A stretch of DNA of 64,000 nucleotides from Euglena gracilis (lineage: Eukaryota): positions 19,950,642-20,014,641 of the forward strand of contig CP154954.1 of assembly GCA_039621445.1 (NCBI GenBank), written 5' to 3'. Under the pieces are notes generated by a model, which saw only the letters and a list, made by a program, of their open reading frames with translations, was not told where the DNA came from and made no database searches. The translations under genes were made by a program, and so were the position numbers. Of this stretch, positions 12,001-22,800 are shown piece by piece. How positions within the stretch are numbered: position 1 is the first letter of the stretch; every line of letters starts with the position of its first letter.

Positions 12001-15000
12001 CCACCGCCTGTTTCCAATCAGCCCGAACGTTCTGGCTTCTGACCTCCCCCCGGGGTTGTCAAGCGACGCCCTAGTCGGAACTTCTTCTTTACGTGGTCGG
12101 AAGAATGAAAATTGATTGTAGGAAGGATTTATGAAAGCATTTTTTTTGTGAATTGATGATGGAGATTTGCGCAGGATATTGCTGACGGTAGAAAAGCAAC
12201 ACCCAAAGCGATACCGTCCTTGAAGGTGCAAAAGCACCGGAACCGGTGAAAAAAGTCCTTTGGGAATTTGTTTCGAAACCGCAGTTCCAGTCCCAACATG
12301 CTAATCCAGGTTTTCTTGGTGGTCGTTGTCTTATTTTTGGGTGGTCTCTTTCCGAGGGATATTGGATCAGGGGTTTTTTTCTTAGTCGTAGACCCCCCGG
12401 GGGGAGGGGGGGGTAGGGTGGTCTGGCCGAGCGTCCCCCCAGGGGGACGAAGGCGCCGAAAATTTTTGAAAAAGGTGCTATTTTTGGCATTCTCGCAATT
12501 TTTGGCCATTTTCGGGGAAATTGAGTGGGTCCCCTGGGACCCCCCCCCCTGGGGGCCCCCAGGGGGTGGGTGGGTGGGAGGACCCCCCCCCTCCCCCCGG
12601 TCTTGAAAAAAACCCTGGATTGGATTCAAGCATTGTGGGTTCAAGAATTGTGGGCCTGCGTTACTTATTATTATTTTGAGCCGATGGAGTACCTCTCAAC
12701 CCCCCCTCCCCAGGTCAACCTGGAGCTGACGTTCAAGCAGACCAGCAAGATCCCTAAGTGGGGCAGCTTGGCACAGCACGGAGATTGCAGCCGGTTTTAA
12801 GGAAGTCCGCACCTTGAGAGGGTGAGTGCTTTGGGGGGCAGTGGGCACCCCCGGGGGTCGGGTTTTGGGATGAGTGGGGAACACACCTTTCGGTGCCAAA
12901 GGCACTGGGGGGCCAAAAAATGGCCATTTTCAAGAAAAATTGTGCTTGACAGGCAGGCACCGGGACCCAAAACCGACCCCCCTTTCAGGGGTGTGCTTGC
13001 TGCGGGCCTGCACCCATATGGGGTGGGTAACAAGAATCCTGAATGGGGAGATGTCAGGGCATACCCAAAAAAAAAGACGAAACAGGCAAAAATGCCTTTG
13101 ACACATCAAAGGATGTGTCAAACCTTATTCAGTTGCAAGCAGAATATGGATTAAGACCGGCTGGCATAGTGGGACAAAATTTTTGAAGAAAAATATTGCT
13201 TGCCGTTTTTTTGCTGCTTTCGACAGCTTTTGGCCCTTTTTTGCTGCTTTTGACTTCTTTTGGGCACTTTTTGCTGCTTTCATTTTCAAAAATAGGGGAA
13301 ATGGGGTAAAAAAATGGCCAGAAAATGGTCCAAAGGTGGCCAAAAGTTGCTAAAATTGCCGAAAGTGGGCAAAAGTCAATTGAAAAATGATAAAAATGGC
13401 CAAAAAGCAATCAAAAGCAAAATGTGGCCTTCTTCCATTTGGTGGCATTTTTTGGCCATTTTTGGCCAAAAATGTCCAAAACTGGCCTTAAAGTGCGTGC
13501 CAAACGGTAGACTGGGGGGGGGGGTAGTGGGTAGTCGGCCGACTAGTCGGCCGACTACCCAATTGGTCGGCCGACTAGTCGGCCGACTAATTGGTCGGCC
13601 GACCAGTCGGCGGACCAATTGGGTAGTCAACAGACTAGTCGGCCGACTACCCACTCTAATGTACTAACGGGTCAAAACCGCCGACTTTTAAGCCCCCCCC
13701 CTGGGAAGAAAATTTTGTCTAAATCACCTCAACACCGGTAAAAACCCACCCAAATGGCTCCAGAACCCCCCAATCGGGGGTGAATATGCAAAAAAATTGG
13801 GGGAAAATGTCCATTTTGGGCCACTTTTGACAAAAGAACACCTCTCCCCATTGGATTTTCAATATAAGTCAAAATTTGCACAAAAAAAGGTCTTATCCCT
13901 CCAAGTCTATTGCCAACATAGAAGGGATTTTGTTATTTGAGGGGGGGGGGCGGGGGGGGGGGGGGCGGCCCCACCCCGCCTATGTCAAAGTGAGCCACAA
14001 AAACGACTTAGCCCCGAGTATGTTGCCAACACAGAAGGAATTTTGTTATTTGAGGCTCGGATTGGGGTGGAGGGGGGAGTTTTCTGCCTCTCGTGATGCA
14101 GAATGCTTGCATTTCTAAAGGATTTTCATGTAATCCCTGTTTCATCATTGGTTTTTTACCCCTCCGGACCCCCATCAAGGGCCCACCGACCCCCCACTGA
14201 CCAAAGATTTCCATCTGGGGGTGTTTATTTAGGCGTAAGACACTTATTTGGACCCATCCGGACCATTTCCGGGTGATTTGGGCCCGCCACAGACCATTTT
14301 TATGACCGCCGACTAGCCACCGACTAGTTTGCATTGGATTTTCTTCATTGGGGGGGGGGGGCTTAAAAGTCGGCGGTTTGGACCTGTTAGTACATTAGAG
14401 TGGGTAGTCGGCGGACTAGTCGGCCGACTACCCACTACCCCCCCCCCCCGTCTCGCCGATTAGCTACCGACGACCAGGCCTAGTCGGCCGACTAGTCGGC
14501 CGACTACCCACTACCCCCCCCCCAGTCTACCGCCTTGCGCCCTTAAAGTGGGCATACGTGGGCAAAAATGGTGAGAATTGGCAAAAGCAGCTAAAAGCAA
14601 AAGCAGCAAAAGCAGCTAAAAAGGCAGACGAAAGAAGCAAAAAAGTTGGCAAAATTGGTCAAAAAGTTTGGCGAAATTGGCCTACAATGGGCAAAGGTGG
14701 ACAAAAAAAAACGGCCAAAAGTGGCCTCAAAGTGGCCAAAGAGCAGCAGAAGCACTCCAGTGGGCAAAGGTGTCCAAATTGGGCAAAAGTGGGCAAAGTT
14801 GCCCAAAAGTAACCAAAAGTGACCAAAACGCAACTAAAGCAGCCAAAAGTGGACAAAAACAGCTAATAGCAGCCAGAAGTGGGCAAAAAGTGGCGAAAGA
14901 ATTTCGCTTAAAGTTGGGGTGACTGGGATTTCTATTGTCGTGATTGGGCGTTGGTTGCTTAAGCACTGGCCGACCCCCCAGGGGGGTGACTGACTGGTTT

Positions 15001-15401
15001 TTTCAGAGTGACTGACTGGTTTTGCCCCCGGGGTGTCAGCCAGGGGTGGGCAAAAGTGGCTTCAGTGACCCCGGCGCTTTTGGCGCCGGGGAATTTTTTT
15101 GGCCTAAAATGGCCTAAAGTGACTGGAGTGGCCGGTTTTCCTGAGAAGCCGACTCCCCCGGGGGGGGGGGGGGCAGTGATTAACGGTTTCCCCAAAAAAA
15201 GTGATTGACTGGTTTTTCGAAGAGTGGAGTGACCCCCCCGGGTCGGTAAAAAATTGTATGCTGGGTGTGACTGGGCGTAATCGGGTGTGACTGGGTCTAG
15301 GACTCTGGATGACCATAGGTGCTTGTTTCACTCCCCCCCCCCAAACGCAGACTCCGAAACTCCGTGCTGCGGCGGACTTGATGGCGACGTCCACCGCCTA
15401 G
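4496..15401 (+). CDS. Hypothetical protein ~174 aa; exons 4496-4498, 4575-4634, 6912-6993, 8945-9000, 9275-9395, 9741-9786, 11492-11564, 12714-12770, 15375-15401
   Basis: Phases chain consistently through six GT-AG and two CAG/CTG-type introns: MGKKKGAKMSLGDFLGPPQPT-EHSVEVEE..YFTNEG-DCHGYYAGDELWDEAFSST-RPPGDKLVQDQDW..-THPTFMQLLLKLWER-LRWMLDQG..LFDA-VNLELTFKQTSKIPKWGSL-DLMATSTA*. Confidence 0.65.
4692..6247. mobile_element. 1.56-kb non-autonomous TIR element with CCGGAATAA(A) subterminal arrays
   Basis: 24-bp TIR CAGGGGCAGGGAGATATTCCGGTC; flanking direct repeat TGGAATG; arrays at ~4715-4788 and ~6139-6212. Confidence 0.85.
7306..7728 (-). mobile_element. MITE, reverse-orientation relative of the intron-forming element at 20787-21176
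   Basis: Right end gggtactgcatacctttcagcaaatgcctg resembles the reverse complement of caggcttctgcttaagggattgcagtaccc; TSD GATGTGAT/GATGTGAC. Confidence 0.75.
10826..11100. mobile_element. MITE, hAT-like
   Basis: TIR CAGGGGTTTTTTTA/TAAAAAAACCCCTG; perfect TSD CCCTGAAC at 10818-10825 and 11101-11108. Confidence 0.9.
12368..12617. mobile_element. MITE of the same family as 10826-11100
   Basis: Similar TIRs and interior; TSD TATTGGAT/GATTGGAT. Confidence 0.85.
13495..14540. mobile_element. Mutator-like/foldback non-autonomous element
   Basis: 9-bp TSD CCTTAAAGT (13486-13494, 14541-14549); ~200-bp imperfect inverted arms built of TAGTCGGCCGAC units. Confidence 0.8.
14964..15263. repeat. Dispersed repeat family (cactggccgacccc...gtgactgactggttttt), also at ~20032-20368
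   Basis: Direct similarity between the two loci; termini not resolved. Confidence 0.65.
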
Positions 15402-18400
15402 CTGCGGAGCACCGGACCGTGGGATCGTCTCGCTGGGGTGGCCCCCCAGCCGCTGACCAGCCCGTTGCTCTCCGCCCCCACGCCGGACAACCTCCGACAC
15501 AGCCCCTCGACCCGCCCAGCCTTTCCCGGTCTCGACCACTGTTTTGTCCTCGCCCACTGCGTTCCGCGTGTTCCCACCCGCAGGCGCCTGGTATTGTCTG
15601 TCACCGACCGCACCAACCCCTGCCTCCCGCTGGCTGCTCACTGTCCCAAGGTGCAGCAAGTATGGCCGTGGAACGTCTTTCTCGCCGTTATGAACCTGCA
15701 ACTCAACCCCCTGCACCCGGACCCAACCACCTGGAGTTGGTTTGTGCGCTATTTTTTGATCGAACTCGAGTGGTCCCAAAGGAACCTCGCAGCGACCAAC
15801 TTCGGCAAAGTCTTCTTACCTTGGAAATATTGGAGATTGGCTGAGTGCTCTAAAATTGTGGTTTTACTGTCTCAGAGATTTAGAACTTCGTATTCCGATT
15901 CCAGGTTGAAGGCAATTAAGAAGCATTTAACGTGTCAAGGCAGGGGGGGATTTATATCCTCAATTCTCCCACAATTTCCGCAATTTTCTGCAAATTTTTG
16001 GTATTTTACCCCCCTTTCTGCATTTTTTACGCGAAATTTTAAATTGGAGCAGGGGGAAAATATGCAAGTCGCATACTTTGCATATTTTTTTCATATCCAA
16101 AATCTCGAAAATTTGCATAATTTGCATTTTTTTTGCATAATGGAAAATTTGTGAAAAGTCACATTTTTGCAGTTTTTTTCATAATTTGCCTTTCCGATTT
16201 TTGGGGGCATTTGCACAGGCAAATTTCTCCCACTTTTAGACAACTGGAAGTTGCATACCTCACGTTTTTGGACGAGTAGTTGTATAATGAAATATAACTA
16301 GGTGAACCAGCCACTTCACTTTTGCATTTTTTTCCGTTACGTATTCTGAGGAGCCTTGTTGCATATTCCCCAGCAAATTTCAGGGAAAAAAACACAAAAA
16401 AAATCGCCAAAATTGGCGGCTTTGCCAAAATTTTGCCAATGTTGGGAGAAAACACAAACAGATGCGAAAAAGCACTTGTTTTCCTCCTTGCCTGGTGAAC
16501 CATTTGTGGAATGGCCAGAACTCATTGCACCTTTATAATAATAATATAATAATTTCGATTTTATTATATTCGAAATTATTTCTAAGTCGCATTCGGACTT
16601 GATTCTTCCTGAGGTTTTTTGTCCAATTTTTGTCATTTTTTTAAACAAAATCCCCAAAGTTACATAAAGAACAAAGTTGCATGTTTTTGGACTATTTTGC
16701 TTTTGGAAAGAAATGTGAATGACAGCACAAAACACACACCGTTGCAAAATAATCAAGCAGGCGAAATTTTTCCAAGCACTTCCAGCTGAAATGTGTACGT
16801 TCCCAATAAATTTTTCCGCAATTTTTTTCCCTAGGGCGTCCAATATCACCCCCCCCCAGTCAAGACTTTGGTAGGGTACCATGTCAGCTGATGAAGATTC
16901 CTTCGGAAAAAGGAAAATTTTGGCAAAACAGGAATAGGTGCCCCTGGAAAAACGGGAATAGACAGTGGGGGTGCCGACCCCCCCCCCCCCCACCGAGAAC
17001 ACAGCAAACCATGGGTTTCCCGGGGATCCCATTCAGCCTTGTTCGGCCGATCACCACTAATCTCCCCCCCCCTTCAAACTCTACGGATTGGTTTGTGCAA
17101 CCTAGACAAGCCCCACAGTGAACATTCACCGCCGATCCTGATTTCATCCTCAGGTGTTGTATCATTATCAGGTGTGTTCTCCCCCCAAGGCTTTCTGGCC
17201 CAGAAACGAAAGACAACGTTGGGAAGGACATGGGGGGGGAGGGGGCTCTTCCCGTGCCGACGTCTTTCCGATCAGGGTTTGCGGTGGCGGCGACCCGCGA
17301 TGCTGGCGGAGCGATGCCCGAGACCGCCGCTGCGCTGAGCCGACCGCGCCATGCTTGCCGCGACCCCCGCATTGCGTCCCCCTCTCTGCCCAGGGGTCGG
17401 CGTGTGCCCGTTCCTGCGAACATTTGAGGGGTAAAACGAGTGGTGTTAATGCGGGGCCTCGTGCTACCAGTAACAGGAAAGATAACCAATAGATATGTCA
17501 AAATCTTCGTCCCAAAACCAATCAAACTCAGTCCAAAGAGCGTCCGATTTGTGATGATCGCCAACGTTACAAGGAAACAGGACTGCGGGAAATTGTTTAT
17601 TGCTTTTTTTTGTGAAGCTTTGACCGCGAAGATTTGGGCCATAAGCACCTCCTCCCCACTTGTGAAATACCCAGTCCCGAATGCCCACGACCCAGCCAAC
17701 AGCCACACTCGGCTAATAGTATCTCAGCTGCTGCGGTGCGGGGCTGCCATTTGTTGTATTTCCGTGACATTTGGGTGGTCCAATTGTCGTGGCCGATTCC
17801 TGGCCCCCTCCCGGAACACACCTTTCGCCGGCCCTTCCCCAGCGTCGCTCCCCCGGCGCCTCCCGCCACCGCTGCCCACCGTCTTTGGTGTGCCTGCCGC
17901 TGGCTTTGAAAGGAGTGCACTCTGTTTCCGCGGGTGCTCTTCCGCTGTGTGAAGGCCCGCAGCATGGGGATGGCCTGTTTTCCCGTCCCCAAATGTGCCA
18001 CGGTGTGCTGTTTGCAGACGCCATTTCTGCTCAGGAGGCGATGTCGTCACCCGCAGCCCTCTTTTGCCCTTTGCTGCGCTTGAAGTTGCCGCTTTCTTGC
18101 TCGCCGCCAGCTTCTTGACGTTCGCAAGACGGCTCTTTCCCCGGCGTCGGGTATGGGCGTCCAACACAAACCATCATCCAATCGGTGCATATACTGCCTC
18201 GCAAAACGAAGACTGGAAGACTGGATCCAACCCCCCCCCCCCCAGAGATCGCAGGCTGTGTGTTGGCACATCCATCTCTCCATTGGATCAACAGCGTGGC
18301 TTCAGCGTCCTTTGCTGGGAGCAAGGCTTGTCGAGTTTTGCATTAATGCATCCTGTCTTCCTGTGCCCATTCAACACCGGAAACACGTTGTGTAAACCTG

Positions 18401-19849
18401 ATCACAACCAAACATCCCAGACTTCCAGATATCATTTACCGGACATCATTTGTCTCTTCAGATGCTGTCTTTGATCACTCAACCCGTTGAAGGATTCCCC
18501 AACACTGACATGCGATTTGCAGTCTTTCAGGTCCCTTTTGTTGCCAATATCTGGCAAGCTTAACCAGCCAATGTCGGAGGAAACCGTTCAGGGGTGGTTA
18601 GTTCCAGGTTCATTTTTATCGCAATCACCAATGCTGAAGACTCCAAAGCAGAGCAGACGCTCATGGACCAATGCGTTGCACATTCAAACCACTATCTGTC
18701 CCAAACCATTACCTGTGCTTTAATATGCCACACTCATCTGAAAGGCCTGTGGCTGGGATTCGGGCCACTGCGGTTGCACAGACAGTTTGCATGGTTCTCC
18801 GGCAGCAATGTGTGACGCATTCTATATGCACTGTTTCTGTCTTGTTCGGGTCTCCTAACCTTCTTCGCTTCATTCTTTGAGATATTTTTCCACAAAAAAT
18901 ATCCTTCAAAAATCAATTCCAACGGCAGAAGGTGCCAAAGGAAATTTTGGCACCACTGGAAAATGAGAAAAGCTGACAAAGGGGGACCAAACCAACGCTT
19001 CCCGCATGCCCTTTTGGCCCTGGTTATTTAGGGCTTTTTCGAAGATTTTCGAGTATTTTTTTTAAAAAAAAATACGGCTGCTTCGCTTCCCCTTCCCCTT
19101 TCCAAGGATGAAGGCTTTTAAGGCATTTTTTTAGGTTTTTTGAAGACTTTTTAAGGTTTTAAAATTTGAAGGGTTTTCAGCTGTTTTTTTTGTTCTTTTT
19201 TTTGAAACGTGCAATGATTGTGCTTGCGTGTTTTTTTAAAAGAAAAATGTAAACCCAGTTCAAGACATCCACAGTGTTCGTGAAATGTTGTTGCATAATG
19301 GAGATTTTTTTTCGCAGACATGAATTTTTTTGATCTTTATCAACGTAAATGTGTACAGTCCGACATGGTGAAAAAATATATCGTCATGCTTTTCTTAAAG
19401 GCAATTTAAGTCATTTCATTTTTCAAGGCTTTGGAGCCTTGAAGAGGTGTAGGGCCTAAATTTCTCCCTCGACAGTCTGCGTACTTCTTTTCCAGGATGG
19501 CCGCACCCCCGGGGGTGTTGTAAGCAGGTGGAGGGGGGGGGCGTTTTCATCAACCCCCAGAGGCCTCCCCAAAACCCTGCGGCAGGGTTGGATATAAGGA
19601 CTGAAGGAGGGTGTGTGGAATTTAGGCGGCCCCACCCCTCCCCCCTCCTCCATCTCTTGAAACCTTGGGGTAGAATGCCCCGCCAAAAAAAGATCAAATT
19701 TTCTTTTCCGGCACTTCGTGCCAAAAACATTTGGGAATTTCGACATTTTTTTTACCCCCCTGTCCCGCTTGGCCCGGGGGGCGGGGGGGTCGACCCCCTC
19801 ACCTGCCATATCGAACCCTGAGCTGCAGACAGAAGCCAGCCATCTCCGA

Positions 19850-22800
19850 ATGGCGGTGCTGTGCCTGAGGGGCGGGAAGTCTTGCTGGCGCACGAAACTG
19901 AGTGGTCCGGTGGTCCAGTGGTCCTCTCGGCTCGGGTTGACCCAGGCCAATTTCCCTTTTAAGACAGACTCCAATTTTTGGACACCCGGCGCTGGGCGGT
20001 GTGCTATCCCCCCATCAGTCAATCATTTAGTCACTGGCCGACCCCCCCCCCCGGGGGGGGTGGGTGACTGGTTTTTCCAGAGTGACTGACTGGTTTTTGG
20101 TCCGGACCCCCTCCCTCCCCCTGGGGGGGGGGGGGGGGGTCCGGGGGGGGGGGGGGGCAAAAAACCGCCAAAATGACCCGGCGCCGAAGGCACCGGAAAT
20201 TTTTATTTGTCCTTTACATGTTTTGGGTCAAAATTCCCTTTGGATTGCAGAGTGGCCGACCCCCCAGGGGGGGGGGTTGACTGACTGGTTTCACAAAAAA
20301 AAGTGACTGACTGGTTTTTCAAAAGTGGAGTGACCCCCCTCCCCCCGGGGGTCGATAAAAAAGGTATGCCCCCCACCCATCCCCGCCCTTCAGGTCTCAA
20401 CATCGACTGCAGCGCCTGAGGGGTTTCTGTCAGATCCCCACCGTGAGGTTGGAGGGCATCCGTGGCTGCGCCAAACCGGAGGGGCCGAAGCGCTGAGGCG
20501 ACCTGAGGGCAATCCGTTGCCTCAGCCGGATGAGTTTGGACTGCGAAAGGTATTGACTCCACTGAACTGAGCTGCTTTTTTTTTGTGAGCTTGCTGCACA
20601 CCTCGGTTTTCTTTCGGTTCAGTGGTGTATCGTTTAATTGTGCTGGGGTTCAGAGTGTGTCGCATTGCCAGGAGTGGACCAAGTGCTTCGTGCCGGACGC
20701 CCCCGAAGTTGCTTTGGCGGACGTTTCGGAACATCTTCAAAAGCACGTGTATGATGTCCTGGTGGACGTGCGCGATGCGCGGCTACCAGGCTTCTGCTTA
20801 AGGGATTGCAGTACCCCCCCCCCGGGGGGGGGGGCTGGACTGCAGCTAGTCCAAATTTGGCTAGTGAGATTTCTAGCAGACCCCCCCCCCAGGGGGTCTG
20901 CTAGCAGGGCTAGCTGGTGGAATTTTTTTTCCAGTGACCGGCGTGAAGCGCCGGAAATTTTTGGGGGGAATTTTTGGAACAAAATCAACCAAAAACTTAT
21001 TAAAAACCTCATTTCCACCTCGGCGCACAGCACCTGAGGAAAAAAATTTCCAGTTGGGGGGGGGGGACCCCGGACCCCCCCCCTCGGGGGGAGGGGGGTC
21101 TAGCTAGTCCATTTTTTCCAGTGTTTAGCCGATTGGCTAGCCAGTACACCCCCGGGGATCCTTAAGCAAAAGCCTGGCCGCTACCACAATCATCCCTCCA
21201 TCCACAATACCAGGGATTGGCCAAAGTTGTGCAGGTGTGTGTGTGTGTGTGTGCGTGCGTGTGTGTGTGGTGCCAAACCTGGAATCAAAGTCTGATGGAT
21301 CCAATAGCAAGATAAGCCCGACAAATGTATTTGAAATGTTTTTTTTAAAAATATTTTCCTGTCAGAAAAGTTGAACATAAGGTCGCATGTCTTATGAAGA
21401 CAAGCCGAACGTATCTAACTGCTGGTCAAACTTTGTGGGGGGTGGGCTAGTTTCCCGGTTTCGCTGTTTCCGACTCGGCTGCTGATTTCTGTTGCATGCT
21501 GCGGTGGTGTTCATTGGCCCGTGACAACCCCCTCCCTCCCCCTGCCATCGCTGGCCTTCCTCCCAGGCCCACATCGTGTGCTACACCCACGCGGAACGGC
21601 TCCGCCGGGAGGACATCGACCGAGTCGCGGCGTGGACGGAGCACACCCACGGCCCCTCCGCCCAGCAGCCGTCTCTTCTTTCCACCACGGTGCCCGTTGG
21701 CCCCTCGTGGGCTGAGGGCTGGGCCGCCGACTGCTGAATGCGCTGCCGTCTTCTTCCTGAATCTGCGGCGTGTGCGGCGGATGGACCGGAAGCAGCCCTG
21801 GCGACTCCTTTCCCCACCCACATGGTGGACTCGGGCGAGGGGTTGGTGAGAGGTAGGGTGTTGGTTTGTGTAGAATGGGGACATTCTTAATTGCCGGCCA
21901 GGGTTTAGGGCAGGGTAAAGGGGAGGTACGGGGTCAGGGTTTGCGACAGCGTTGGGGTTGGGTGGGACACCAGGCCCCCACCTACTACCGGACCAAGTAT
22001 GGACACGGATGCGCGCCCAACAGCAAGGAACGCCGTCCAGCCGGCAGGCCACGCGTCGCACGTGCCCACGCTCCGCACCGTTTCAACCGATACATCCGGG
22101 ACCCAACTCCGGTGTCCAGCCCTGACAAGGTCCGGCATCACCGCCAACAACAGTCACCGGCCTGCGGGCGCATGGGTGTCGAACGGGGGTCATCCCGGAC
22201 CGCCGGAAACGAGGGAACGCCGTGCCCGGACCCCGAGGGGCCCCCAGCCCCCGGCCAGCGCCGCCCTCCGGCCCCTGCGGCGGGCGGTGGCCGCCGCGTG
22301 CCGGGCCGGCGGGGGCGCCGAGGCGCTGGTGGCGGGCCTCCCCAACGCCGGCAAGAGCAGCCTGCTGCACCCGCTGGCCCGCCGGTTCCTGCAGGCGGCG
22401 TGGAAGCGGAGGTCCGAGGACCACATGCCCCAGGTCAAATCCGGAACTCATGGTGGGGGACCCCCTGGGTGGGGGGACCCCCGATCTCAAGAAAATCCCT
22501 GACATATGTGTATTGCATCAAAGATCACCTCCTCACCCCCCCGTGGGAGGTGGTCCAGCCAGTCATAAGCCATTTTCCACCTTCCCCCATCGAGGTATTT
22601 TAATTTCTTTCCAGTTGCATTTCGGGCAGCTGGATAGTGGCGGGGTTTTTGCTGTGGTGGGTTCCAACGTGGCAACATGCCAAACTTCAGCAAAAGTGCG
22701 TCGAAAATTGCCCAAGCACTTTAAATTTTGGGCCTGAAAATTCATATCTTAAAATTTTGATATTTTTTGGGCTTGTCTGTTGTTTTATTTTTTTTGGCAC

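Noticed and set aside
16884-18167. Overlapping 150-270 aa ORFs on both strands
   Set aside because: No recognisable motif or consistent splice model; left uncalled.
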